DNA from: Alphaproteobacteria bacterium
Lineage (GTDB): Bacteria; Pseudomonadota; Alphaproteobacteria; UBA8366
Length of the DNA: 64,000 nucleotides
Assembly (NCBI GenBank): GCA_965228695.1
Contig: CBDDIB010000002.1
Span: 3,417,089-3,481,088, forward strand
Direction of reading: 5' to 3'
The translations under genes were made by a program, and so were the position numbers. This document shows positions 10,649 through 20,018 of this stretch, piece by piece (position 1 is the stretch's first letter; each line of letters starts with the position of its first letter). The notes beneath the pieces are model-generated. The model did not search any database. It was not told where the DNA came from and worked only from the letters and a program-made list of their open reading frames with translations.

Positions 10649-11707
10649 TTATTGATCGGGCATCGTGCGGGGCTGTTTTCCGTCGGCGATGCGCTGAATA
10701 TCCTCGAAACGCTCGCGGGGCATGGGAATGCCCGCCTCGAGCGTTTGCGCCATGCTCTGGGCCTCCGGCTCGCCGGGAATCAGGACCGGAAGCGCCGGGT
10801 CTGCCGCCGGGGTGGCCTTGATGGTTTTGCAGAATGTCTCCATTTGCTCGAAATACGCCTCTTCGCCGAGCAAACGGGCGGGATCCAACGCGATGAAGAA
10901 ATGCGCGACGCCTTGCGGCGTCTCATCCCGACGAAAGAGTTGATTAACGCCTGTGGCCGATTGTCCGCCGGAGAGTACCCCCGACAGCATGTCCACCGCC
11001 AACGCCAATCCATAGCCCTTGTGGCCGCCGATCGGCAGCACCCAGCCCTTCATTCCAGCCAGCGGATCGGTCGTCACATGGCCATCGGCATCGGCGGCCC
11101 AGCCTTCCGGGATCGATTCGCCGGCCTCGTGGGCATGACGCAGCTTGCTGTAGGCCACCACGCTCTGCGCCATGTCGAGGATGAAATCGGGTCCATTGCG
11201 GCGGGGCGCGGCGATCCCGATCGGGTTGTTGCCATGTGCGAGGGCCGCGCCGCGCCACGGCGCCATGACCGGTTGCGTATTCGTGCCCATAATGGAAACC
11301 AGGCCGGCGTCGCACGCGCGCGCTGCATAGGGTGCGACCGGGCCGAAATGGTGACTGTTCCGGCACCCCACATAGGCCATGCCGCTTTCCTTGGCCATTC
11401 GGATGGCGGCCGCGACACCACGGCTGCCGATGACCGGCCCCATGCCGTTCCCGCCGTCGATAACGGCCAGGCAGGGCGACCGTTCCTCGACCGTTATCTC
11501 GGGGTCGGCAACGATCGCGCCGTCCAGGATGCGCTGGCAATAGATGATGACGCGGCGGGTCCCATGTGTGCTGATGCCCATCAGGTCGCCGACGACAAGA
11601 ATACCTGCGGCGGCGTCCGCGTCGTCCGCCGGTACGCCGACCCGCTCGAAGGCGGCACGGCAAACGGTGTGTAGGTCGTCTTTCGGAATATGGATTATGT
11701 CGGTCAC
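10649..11707 (-). CDS. Ldh_2 family (malate/L-lactate/sulfolactate dehydrogenase-like) oxidoreductase
   Basis: Ldh_2 signature (GISTHGTRR...GNGMGP...CRNSHHFG...NPI..AAP...DMA.S..A..K...G..IP.GWA.D..G..T.DP). GTG start at 11707, behind GGAAG. The track ORF extends to 11767. Confidence 0.85.
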   Translation of the reverse strand: MTDIIHIPKDDLHTVCRAAFERVGVPADDADAAAGILVVGDLMGISTHGTRRVIIYCQRILDGAIVADPEITVEERSPCLAVIDGGNGMGPVIGSRGVAAAIRMAKESGMAYVGCRNSHHFGPVAPYAARACDAGLVSIMGTNTQPVMAPWRGAALAHGNNPIGIAAPRRNGPDFILDMAQSVVAYSKLRHAHEAGESIPEGWAADADGHVTTDPLAGMKGWVLPIGGHKGYGLALAVDMLSGVLSGGQSATGVNQLFRRDETPQGVAHFFIALDPARLLGEEAYFEQMETFCKTIKATPAADPALPVLIPGEPEAQSMAQTLEAGIPMPRERFEDIQRIADGKQPRTMPDQ

Positions 11708-11850
11708 GATGATCTTCCAAGGCGGCGTAGGAAAGAAAAGGCTATGCGCTCGGCCCCCGTGGCGCAAGGCGAGGGCGACGAATGAAAAACGGGCCCCATC
11801 GAAATGGGGCCCGCGAGTCGGTCGAAATTTTCTTGAACGTCCGGGAGTGG

Positions 11851-12501
11851 TTAGTTCAACAAAACATTATCCAATCGGTCGAGATCGTTGATGACCTGCC
11901 ATGCGCCGCCGCCGGATTCGACGCGGCCCTGCCAATTATTCAAGCGGTTCATGTAGTCCCGCGGATCGACGTTGTCGCTGCGCAATTTGGTGACGTTGAG
12001 CGCGACGACATTGACTCCGTCGAGCGGCAGGGAGATGTCGCGGATGTATCCCTTCTTCAGGTCTTCGGCGAGATCCGAGAAGATCAGGATCGTCTTATTC
12101 CCCGGGTTCTTCTCGGTCAGGTATTCCGATGCCTGCAGCAGTCCGCCGGTAATATCCGTATACCGGGCCGGGCGGACCCGCTTGACGAACGTGTTGATGG
12201 CGTCGCGGAACTGGCGTTTCTCCTTGTTCGCGACGCTCGGGCGATCGTCGAAGGTGGCCTTTGCGACGATGTCCTTCTCGCTGAAGCTGCCGGTGTCGAT
12301 CCGGGCGACCGCGAAGGAATCGCCGGGATCCAGGCGCGTTAGGATCACGTTGATGATCTGCTGGGCCTTGCGCAGTTCCTCGGTATAGGTCCCCGACGTA
12401 TCGAGCAGCAGGTAGACGCCGCGGTTCTGCGGGGTCGCCTCGCCGCAGGCGGACAACGCCAGCAGGGCCAAAGCCGCGATGCATGAGGTTAGACGTTTCA
12501 T
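11851..12501 (-). CDS. vWA-fold lipoprotein, function unknown
   Basis: 216 aa from the internal ATG at 12501. Lipobox LALSAC. MIDAS-like residues (LLLDTSGT, YTDITGG, LIFSDL). Its ATG overlaps the upstream stop as TAATG. The 566-aa track ORF is an artefactual extension. Confidence 0.7.
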   Translation of the reverse strand: MKRLTSCIAALALLALSACGEATPQNRGVYLLLDTSGTYTEELRKAQQIINVILTRLDPGDSFAVARIDTGSFSEKDIVAKATFDDRPSVANKEKRQFRDAINTFVKRVRPARYTDITGGLLQASEYLTEKNPGNKTILIFSDLAEDLKKGYIRDISLPLDGVNVVALNVTKLRSDNVDPRDYMNRLNNWQGRVESGGGAWQVINDLDRLDNVLLN

Positions 12502-13946
12502 TACAGCACCTCTCTTGCTGTTGCCGTATCGCGGTCGTCCCGCATATCGGCGTGATGCGCCTTGATACGCCGTTCGAGCCACAGCGGCAGGAAGATGATC
12601 ATGTCGTACAGGTCCACCAGGATGGCGCCCATGTGATGGAACACGCTGCCCAGCAGCCGCAGGAAGAGCGCCAGCGCCCGCATCAAGCCACCCCCGACGA
12701 GTCCGAGAACGGTCCGGAGCGAGTGCACGAAGGTTTCCAGCGGAATTGCGACGAACACCAGGGCAAAGGGCAGGATGAAGCCCATCCCCATTTGAGCCGC
12801 CGTGGTGATCCACACGAAGTTGGATGCATCGACGGCGAGGCTCTGCTGGGCGCCGCGCAATAGGGCGCTGGTGGCCAACTCGTCCTGTAACAGGATTTCC
12901 CGCATATAGGCGAGGCCGGCCTCGACGCTGGCCAACAGGAATAGGATTGTGAAGGTGGTCCAAATCATGCGGACGCGCATCTTGTCCGGCAGCGCGCTGA
13001 TGACCGGGAACAACCGCGTGATCCGAAGCGATTCCATGAGGAACAGGCCCATGGATATCTCGACCATGATAATGACCAGGGCTGCAATATCGGAGATCTT
13101 GAAGACGCCGATGGTGTTGTTGCCGCCGACCATCTCCGCCATCGGGCGCGCGATCAGATGGAAGTTGATCATGGCGCCGCCGATGGCGATCGCCAACACC
13201 AGGGCGGATACGAAGAACTGGACCAGGGACGAGGACGACAGCATGCGCGCCGCGCGGTCGGACCCCTGGAGGATGTTTTCGTACTCCTCCATATGGCGGT
13301 CGATGACCTTCGCGCGATGCAACAGGGTATTGACGTTCTTGTCTGTCGCCGAAAGCTGCTGCTGAATCTTGCGCCAATGGGGCAGCATGTTCCGCAGGAA
13401 TTTGTGTCGGTCCCGCGTGGCGTCGCGATACTGATCGCGGGCCTTCTGCTGCGCTTCCACCAGGGATTCGTGAATCTTGTCGAGGATATTCGCGACCATC
13501 GGGTCGCCTTTCGACGGGATGTTCGCCACCGCCTCGACGGCGTTGGCCCATCCGGGCGGCGTCGGGGGGACTTCGGCACTCTGCCTATGGTCTTCCTCCA
13601 CGCTTGCGATCTGTTCCTCGATCTTGCGCTGCAGGGCCGGGCATTCGGCCAGGTCCCGCTGAACGGCTGCGTCCATCCGCTCGAATTCACGCTCGATGAT
13701 GTGTTCCGCGGCTTCGCGCCCGGCGGCGAGCAGAACCTCGCGGTTACGCTCGGTCATCCGCTTTTCCGCCTTGAATACGGAATGCGCGGCAAGGCGCATC
13801 GTCGCGTGCAGGACGCGCGCCAGCGACATGATGGCGTTATGAGCGGGCGCCCGGGTCAGGTATAGGGCGATGACTGCGAGAAGTATGACCGTCAGCCAGG
13901 TCAAAACGGATCCCGACCCCGCCGACAGCGAGTTGAAGAACGGCAT
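12501..13946 (-). CDS. Polytopic membrane protein with a long cytoplasmic coiled-coil, function unknown
   Basis: 481 aa. One N-terminal TM, about 200 aa of charged heptad-like sequence, then about 5 C-terminal TM helices. I do not recognise a family. Confidence 0.7.
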   Translation of the reverse strand: MPFFNSLSAGSGSVLTWLTVILLAVIALYLTRAPAHNAIMSLARVLHATMRLAAHSVFKAEKRMTERNREVLLAAGREAAEHIIEREFERMDAAVQRDLAECPALQRKIEEQIASVEEDHRQSAEVPPTPPGWANAVEAVANIPSKGDPMVANILDKIHESLVEAQQKARDQYRDATRDRHKFLRNMLPHWRKIQQQLSATDKNVNTLLHRAKVIDRHMEEYENILQGSDRAARMLSSSSLVQFFVSALVLAIAIGGAMINFHLIARPMAEMVGGNNTIGVFKISDIAALVIIMVEISMGLFLMESLRITRLFPVISALPDKMRVRMIWTTFTILFLLASVEAGLAYMREILLQDELATSALLRGAQQSLAVDASNFVWITTAAQMGMGFILPFALVFVAIPLETFVHSLRTVLGLVGGGLMRALALFLRLLGSVFHHMGAILVDLYDMIIFLPLWLERRIKAHHADMRDDRDTATAREVL

Positions 13947-14334
13947 TGTTAACCCCCTCCATGACCGGTCGACCGTGGCCGTTTGACCATCGCTCGCCGG
14001 TCACCCTCCGACATTCTCCTGGCCGAATGATTGGCCGATATTGATAACAATTCGTTAATTAAAACTAAGGTTTCGTTAATTTCGTGGTTAATGCGATCGG
14101 TTCAATATTCTATGAAATCAAATATTTAAGCTGTATTCGAATTCGAATATTGGGTTGATGCGCATGAATACTGTCCCATCCCTTAGCGGCGAGAATAAGG
14201 CGAGACTACGGCGGGAGCGGGAATTGCTCAGTCGGCGACGCGATATGGCGCCGTACCTTTAATTATCGGCGGGAAGGGGCGGGGAGCGGGCAATACCCCG
14301 CCGGCTCCCCGTGGTTTACGGCCTTTCAGCTTGG

Positions 14335-15108
14335 TCAGCGGCTTGCCATGACACCGCCATCCACCGGCAAAACCGCTCCGGTGATCCAGGACGCTTCTTC
14401 GGAGGCCAGAAACAGAATTGCACCAACCACATCGTCTGGCTGCCCGTTTCGGCCCAATGGATGGAAATCATGGAAGGTCGGCAGCACGGTCTTGATTTCG
14501 TCGGGGGTCAAGAAAGTGCCAAAAACCGGGGTTTCGACCACCGCCGGCGCGACGGCGTTGATCCGGATCTTCGACGGAGCAAGCTCGACCGCCAGATTTC
14601 GCACCATGGCGTGTACGCCGGCTTTTGCCGCCGAATAAGCGCTGGAAGGGGTCGCTGTGACCGCGCGTTCCGCCCACATGGACCCGGTTTGGACGATTGC
14701 ACCGCCGCCGCGTTGTTCCATCGCCCTGGCCGCCGCCTGAGCCATGAAGAATTTCCCTTTCAAGATGGTGGTGATGTAGCGATCGAAATCTTCTTCCGTA
14801 TGGTCGAGAAAGGGCGTCGGTTTGAAGATTCCGGCATTGTTTAACAGGATGTCCACGCCACCGAAGTGCGTGCGGGCGACATCCACGGCACGCTCGCCGG
14901 TTTCCGGATGCCCGACATCGGCCGCCAAGATCGCGACGTGTTCGCCGGTCGGGTCGACCGCTTTTGCGGCGTCCGTAATGACGTCTTCGCGGCGACCAAG
15001 AATAACGGCCGACCCGCCTTGTTTGACAAACCGTTGGGCTGCCCGGAAACCAATTCCGGTTCCGCCGCCCGTTATGATCGCCACTTTGTTTTCGAATTTT
15101 GTCATCAT
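14335..15108 (-). CDS. SDR-family oxidoreductase
   Basis: TGGGTGIG cofactor motif, NNAG, and catalytic YSAAK. Start trimmed to MMTKFENK. Confidence 0.9.
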   Translation of the reverse strand: MMTKFENKVAIITGGGTGIGFRAAQRFVKQGGSAVILGRREDVITDAAKAVDPTGEHVAILAADVGHPETGERAVDVARTHFGGVDILLNNAGIFKPTPFLDHTEEDFDRYITTILKGKFFMAQAAARAMEQRGGGAIVQTGSMWAERAVTATPSSAYSAAKAGVHAMVRNLAVELAPSKIRINAVAPAVVETPVFGTFLTPDEIKTVLPTFHDFHPLGRNGQPDDVVGAILFLASEEASWITGAVLPVDGGVMASR

Positions 15109-15126
15109 CTCTCGCTCTGTGTTCAA

Positions 15127-15189
15127 TCTATCGATAGATAGGCACATAGAGCTTGCTGAAAGGCAGTTCAATACCTATCTATCGATAGG
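15127..15189. promoter_or_regulatory. Paired palindromic operators in the SDR/TetR divergent intergenic region
   Basis: TCTATCGATAGATAGG (15127-15142) and CCTATCTATCGATAGG (15174-15189) are reverse complements at 15 of 16 positions. Each contains the perfect 10-bp palindrome CTATCGATAG. Confidence 0.6.
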
Positions 15190-15223
15190 TCATAACAAGA
15201 TCGTGAGAAAGGAGGGTGCAAGG

Positions 15224-15802
15224 ATGCCTGAGATGCCGAGCACACGAGACCGTATCATCGCGGCGGCTGAGTTCCGCATGCGCGACGGCGGCTATCACGG
15301 CTTCTCGTTTCGCGAGATTGCCGCGGACGTCGGTATCAAAAGCGCGAGCGTGCACCATCATTTTCCGGCCAAGGAAGACTTGGCGTCCGCCGTCGTCGAC
15401 GGTTATACGGAGCGCTTTATCGAGACGCTTGGCGATCCCGACGATCCCGGTAGAACCCCGAGGGCACTGATTGACCGTTACATAGATTTGTTTCGCCGGG
15501 CGTTGATTGTAGAGCACCGAATGTGTCTATGCGGCTTGTTGGGTTCGGAGGTAAGAACATTGCCCGATCGGGTCAGCGTGGGCACCCGAACTTTCTTCCA
15601 ACGTCATATCGAATGGCTGTCCAAGGTCTTTCGGTCGGCCGATCCGGCGGCGACTCAAGATGTGGTCGACGACCGGGCCATGCAATTCGTTGCGACGCTT
15701 GAAGGCGCACTTTTAGTGGCCCAGAGTCTTGGCGACCCGGAGGTATTTGAGAGGATCGTCACCGCGACCTTGGCGACCCTTGATTTCGGAAGCTCAGAAT
15801 AG
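15224..15802 (+). CDS. TetR/AcrR-family transcriptional regulator
   Basis: 192 aa from the ATG behind AGGAGGG. N-terminal TetR HTH (FSFREIAADVGIKSASVHHHFPAKEDL). Divergent from the SDR gene. Confidence 0.9.
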   Translation: MPEMPSTRDRIIAAAEFRMRDGGYHGFSFREIAADVGIKSASVHHHFPAKEDLASAVVDGYTERFIETLGDPDDPGRTPRALIDRYIDLFRRALIVEHRMCLCGLLGSEVRTLPDRVSVGTRTFFQRHIEWLSKVFRSADPAATQDVVDDRAMQFVATLEGALLVAQSLGDPEVFERIVTATLATLDFGSSE

Positions 15803-15829
15803 GATCGGGTTCTGCCTATTTGTTAGGTA

Positions 15830-16726
15830 TCAGCGCGATAATCCAACCGTGGGACGGCGCGGCAGTTTTTCGATGAAATCGGCGATCGTATCGACCACGC
15901 CGCCTTTTTCCTGGAAGGGCTCGGCGAGCGCCAACAGGATACCGATATGCCCAACATCGTCGAGTTGGACGAGCTGGACGGGAACACGGGCTTCCTTCAG
16001 TTTCTTGGTCAATTCGATCGAATTCTCGGGCCACACGGTGGTGTCGTCCTTGCCGTGCAGCAGGAGCGACGGCGCTTGGCCGGGCATCACGAAGGTAACC
16101 GGACGCGCTTCGTCCGGGCGTGTAGCCGTCTCAAAGATAGGCCGGAGACTGGCGTATTTCAGCGGGTCGAAATAATAAGGGCCGGCAAGTCCGACGAGGC
16201 CGGCGAGCGACGTCATGGGAACGCCGGCGGCCTTCAGATAATGGTCGTCATAGGCGAGGAGGGCAGCGATATGCGCACCGGCCGAATGTCCGGCCAGCAC
16301 GATGCGGTTCGGGTTGCCCCCGTAGCGTTCGATATTCTTTCGGACCCAGGCGACGGCGGCGGCGGCGTCGTTGACGAAGGCGGGGAACCGCACGTCGGGA
16401 TAGGTGCGGTAGTCGGGAACGACGGTGACATAGCCGCGCGAGGCGAAGGCCTGCCCCGCAAATCGGTAATTCTCGCGCTTCCCGTTCTTCCAGCTTCCGC
16501 CATACAGAAAGACCACGACCGGCTTATCGCCGTTCGCATCGTCGGGCTTGTAGACATCGAGACGCTGCCGGGCCTCGGGGCCGTAAGCGATATCGACGGC
16601 GCGCTCATGGCCGTCTTTCGGCACAAACGCGTTGATGGCCGATAAGGGCGAGCAACCGGGGATAAGCAAAAGTGCGGCGGCCGCGAGGCCGAATCGCAGA
16701 TACTGCAAATTGTATATCATCAGCAT
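15830..16726 (-). CDS. Alpha/beta-hydrolase (esterase/lipase-type) lipoprotein
   Basis: Lipobox LLIPGCS. HGG-type oxyanion region (VFLYGGSW) and nucleophile elbow GHSAG. Confidence 0.85.
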   Translation of the reverse strand: MLMIYNLQYLRFGLAAAALLLIPGCSPLSAINAFVPKDGHERAVDIAYGPEARQRLDVYKPDDANGDKPVVVFLYGGSWKNGKRENYRFAGQAFASRGYVTVVPDYRTYPDVRFPAFVNDAAAAVAWVRKNIERYGGNPNRIVLAGHSAGAHIAALLAYDDHYLKAAGVPMTSLAGLVGLAGPYYFDPLKYASLRPIFETATRPDEARPVTFVMPGQAPSLLLHGKDDTTVWPENSIELTKKLKEARVPVQLVQLDDVGHIGILLALAEPFQEKGGVVDTIADFIEKLPRRPTVGLSR

Positions 16727-16786
16727 TATCTACGAATCCGAAGCAGGATTGGATGACTCGGGCTCGGGATTTAGCCTGCCCTAATC

Positions 16787-17815
16787 TCAGACCTTGAACT
16801 TCGTCATAACGGATTCGGACCATTCGCGCATGAACCGCTCTTTGTCCGCGAAATGGACGCTCATCCAAAAATGGTGGGCGCCGGCCTCCGCCGCGGCCTC
16901 GATTTTTGCCACGCAGTCGTCGACGGTCCCGACGATGGCGAATCGGTCGGCGAGGTAATCCACCAAGCCCAGGTCCTCGATCATCTTCACGTTGTCGCTG
17001 CCGGGCATCTGATGCTGATCGAACCGGTAGCGCTTCTTGGCCTCCCGGATCTTGTCGAGGAACTGGCTGGGAATATGCTTGCCTTCCGTCGTGAACCGGC
17101 CGAGATGCTTCGCGCCCGACGCGAGGGAATGCTTGATCTTGTCCACCGCTTCGTCCCGGGTGTTCGCCACGCTGACCCAGGGGAACCAGGTCTTGTCGAT
17201 GGCGTCGTAGTCGCGCCCGGCGCGTTCTGCGCCGCGCCTGATACAGGCAAGCGCGTCTTCGATCACTTCCGGCAGCAAGCCGGTCTGAATGATCACGCCG
17301 TCGGCGACTTCACCGGCCAATTCCAACGTCTTCGGCCCCGACGCGGCGAGGTAGACCGGAACGTCGGCCGGGCCCCAGGTCAGCTTCGCGGTTTCACCCT
17401 GATAGACGGTTTCGCCCGATTTTAAGAGTTCCCGGATCGATGCGGTGTATTCGCGGGTCTCGGCCATGCGGGCGGGTCGGACCCCGGCGTTGTGGACCGA
17501 ACTGTCGCCGCTTCCGACGCCAAGCACCGCCCGGCCAGGGGCCATTTCCGCCAATGTCGCCGCGCCGGAGGCCGAGACCGCGGGGTGACGGGTCATCGGA
17601 TTGATCACGCGCGGTCCGAACTTCACCCGTTCGGTCTCCTGCGCGCAAAGCGCCGCAGTGATGAACACCTCGCGGTAGAGCGATTGGGAGTCGCCGATGC
17701 CGATGGTGTCGAATCCGTTATCTTCGGCGGTTCGGCACCAGGACAGGAACTCGTCCAGGGCGTTCGGCAGGAGCGTAACGCCGAAACCGACCCGTGTGTC
17801 TTCGCGTCGTAGCAT
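16787..17815 (-). CDS. LLM-class (luciferase-like) flavin/F420-dependent oxidoreductase
   Basis: 342 aa from the ATG at 17815, behind AAGGAGA. Luciferase-like TIM-barrel pattern. The track ORF has an Arg/Ala-rich upstream extension. Confidence 0.85.
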   Translation of the reverse strand: MLRREDTRVGFGVTLLPNALDEFLSWCRTAEDNGFDTIGIGDSQSLYREVFITAALCAQETERVKFGPRVINPMTRHPAVSASGAATLAEMAPGRAVLGVGSGDSSVHNAGVRPARMAETREYTASIRELLKSGETVYQGETAKLTWGPADVPVYLAASGPKTLELAGEVADGVIIQTGLLPEVIEDALACIRRGAERAGRDYDAIDKTWFPWVSVANTRDEAVDKIKHSLASGAKHLGRFTTEGKHIPSQFLDKIREAKKRYRFDQHQMPGSDNVKMIEDLGLVDYLADRFAIVGTVDDCVAKIEAAAEAGAHHFWMSVHFADKERFMREWSESVMTKFKV

Positions 17816-17862
17816 TCTTTTTCTTCTCCTTCGGGCAACAGAGTTGGCGGGACTAGGATTGG

Positions 17863-18885
17863 CTAGACCGTCGCGACCGGGGTTGCGGGCGATCCGACCG
17901 CGCCCGGCAGCCGAAGCGGCGGCGCGGTCAGCAGGAACCGCGACCGGTTGTTGGAGCGCAGCCAACCCGCCAGTTCGGTGAGGTACCACAACTCTCCGAG
18001 ATGGATACCCAGCTTGAACAGACAGTGTTCGTGCAATGGCAGGGCAGCGCCCCGGTCCCCGAGCCGCGGGTCCGGACCCAGGCTTGAAGATCGTTCGACC
18101 GCCAGATTATCCGAGATGATCGCCGCGACCCCGCTGTCGGTTATCCATTGCAGCAGTTTATCGTCGAAACCATCCAGAACGGCGCAGAGCTCCCGGACCG
18201 AGTCATCCGGATCGCGTTTCATATCCAACAGCCGTTGGGACAATCCGGTGTGCAGGCAGACCATGTCGCCGGTTTCCACCTCCACCGTGTCCTCATCCAT
18301 GATGCGCATGAGCGTGTCGTAGCCGACGGACTGTCGTTCGTCGCCGAGATGATGCCGCAGGTCGATCATAACGCCGCGGCCCTGCACGCAGGTTTCGGCC
18401 ATTCGGTCCACGGTGAGCGCGGCGGCCCCGACCTCGCCTTGCGTCGGCTCCCCGGTATCGCTCGCGACGACCGTGTGGCCGTTGTAGTAGACCTTTTCGG
18501 GCACCCCGTCGCCGTCCGCGTCGAACATCGATCCTTTGTGCGCGAAGGCGTCCCATTGGGTGGAATACTGGCTGTACAGCGTCACCGCTTCGTCGCAGCT
18601 GACGTCGGTGAACCGCGGGTCGATCTTCGATGCCTCCATGTGGAAATAGACATGGCCGTGTGAATGCACGGGTTCGAACTTCGGCGGGAAGCGCGACGCG
18701 TTCAGCACGCTGCCGCCGGGATAGTCGAGCGGCAAGCTGAGACAGAAAACCTTACCGTCACGCACTTCCGACATGGCCTTCAAGCGCCGTTCGGGGGTCA
18801 GGAGGTTCATGCGGCCGTATTGATCGTCGGGTCCGAAATCGCCCCAATTGGAACCTTCCGGCCGATTTTTCCAGCGGTTCGCCAT
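17863..18885 (-). CDS. Cyclase-family (kynurenine-formamidase-like fold) protein, paralog A
   Basis: 340 aa (MANRWKNRPEGSNWGDFGPDDQYGRMNLL...). Collinear with the neighbouring paralog, and both end in PGAVGSPATPVATV. Confidence 0.8.
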   Translation of the reverse strand: MANRWKNRPEGSNWGDFGPDDQYGRMNLLTPERRLKAMSEVRDGKVFCLSLPLDYPGGSVLNASRFPPKFEPVHSHGHVYFHMEASKIDPRFTDVSCDEAVTLYSQYSTQWDAFAHKGSMFDADGDGVPEKVYYNGHTVVASDTGEPTQGEVGAAALTVDRMAETCVQGRGVMIDLRHHLGDERQSVGYDTLMRIMDEDTVEVETGDMVCLHTGLSQRLLDMKRDPDDSVRELCAVLDGFDDKLLQWITDSGVAAIISDNLAVERSSSLGPDPRLGDRGAALPLHEHCLFKLGIHLGELWYLTELAGWLRSNNRSRFLLTAPPLRLPGAVGSPATPVATV

Positions 18886-18896
18886 GATGTGTCTCC

Positions 18897-19916
18897 CTAG
18901 ACCGTTGCCACCGGGGTCGCCGGCGATCCGACCGCGCCCGGCATGCGCAGCGGCGGACCGGTGAAGAGGAAACACGAGCGCTTGTTCTCCCGCAGCCAGC
19001 GCGCCAACGGGCCGAGGTTGAACATCTCGCCCAGATGGACGCCGAGCCGGAACAGGCAGAGGTCGTGCAGCGCCAACAGCGGCCCCGGTTCGGTCGCGTC
19101 CATGACGCCGCCCCATTCGTACTCGACGGCGCGATTGTCGCAGACGAGGACCGCGAGGCCGCTGTCGGTGATCCATTGCCGAAGTTTTTCGTCCCGGCCG
19201 TCGAACGCGGCGCCTGATTCGAACATGACGTCGGGATCCGGATCGCCGGCAAAGTCGATCAGCATGTCGCTCCAGCCGGTGTGCAGAAGCACGATATCGC
19301 CTTCCTCGACCTCGACCTGGTCGACATCCAGGATTCCCATCAGATCGTCGTATCCGACCGGCTTATGGTCGGTCCCGTAATGGGCATGCAGGTCGATCAT
19401 GACGCCGCGGCCTTGGACGCAGGATTCAGCCATATGTTCGATACCGAGCGAGACCGCGCCGACTTCGCCCTGCGTGGGCTTGCCGGTCTCTTCGTCGACC
19501 ACGGCGAAGCCGTTGTAGAAGACCACCTTCGGGTTGCCGTCGCCGTGAATATCGAATTCGCCGCCGTAGTGGGCGAGGGCGTCCCATTGGGTCGAATACT
19601 GGCTATGGAAATACATCGCGTCGTCGCAGGTGGCGCTGGTCACCAACGGGTTGAACCGGCTCATCGGCTGGCAGAAGGCGACCTCGCCCTCGCGGTAGAC
19701 CGGCTTCAGCTCCGGCGGGTGCCTCCGCGGGTTCAGCGCCGTACCGCCGGGCAGATTCAGCGGCAGGCTGAGGCAGAAATTCTTCCCCTCTTTCACTTCG
19801 GCAACCCCTTGGCGGACCTTTTCCGGTGTGAGCAGGTTGAGGCGTCCCAGTTGGTCGTCTTCGCCGAAATCGCCCCAGGTCGACCCTTCGGGGCGGTGTG
19901 TCCAACGCTTGCTCAC
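18897..19916 (-). CDS. Cyclase-family protein, paralog B
   Basis: 339 aa (MSKRWTHRPEGSTWGDFGEDDQLGRLNLL...) with a GTG start. It is a tandem duplicate of 17863-18885. Confidence 0.8.
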   Translation of the reverse strand: MSKRWTHRPEGSTWGDFGEDDQLGRLNLLTPEKVRQGVAEVKEGKNFCLSLPLNLPGGTALNPRRHPPELKPVYREGEVAFCQPMSRFNPLVTSATCDDAMYFHSQYSTQWDALAHYGGEFDIHGDGNPKVVFYNGFAVVDEETGKPTQGEVGAVSLGIEHMAESCVQGRGVMIDLHAHYGTDHKPVGYDDLMGILDVDQVEVEEGDIVLLHTGWSDMLIDFAGDPDPDVMFESGAAFDGRDEKLRQWITDSGLAVLVCDNRAVEYEWGGVMDATEPGPLLALHDLCLFRLGVHLGEMFNLGPLARWLRENKRSCFLFTGPPLRMPGAVGSPATPVATV

Positions 19917-20018
19917 GGTTGCCGTCTCCTCTTTCTTATCGCGGTGTTGTGGCGGTCTTGCCGCCTATGCCGGTATGATACAGTGAATTGCATGCAGGGT
20001 CAGATTGTGGAGATTTGG

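Noticed and set aside
11851-13551. 566-aa ORF that would overlap most of the 12501-13946 gene. There are analogous N-terminal extensions of 16787-17989, 17863-19176, 25174-26826, 45398-47158, 19281-20618, 14822-15802 and 53462-54451.
   Set aside because: The extended parts are low-complexity and overlap real neighbouring genes. In each case an internal start codon with a good RBS gives a protein of the family-typical length, often with a signal peptide or lipobox at its new N-terminus.
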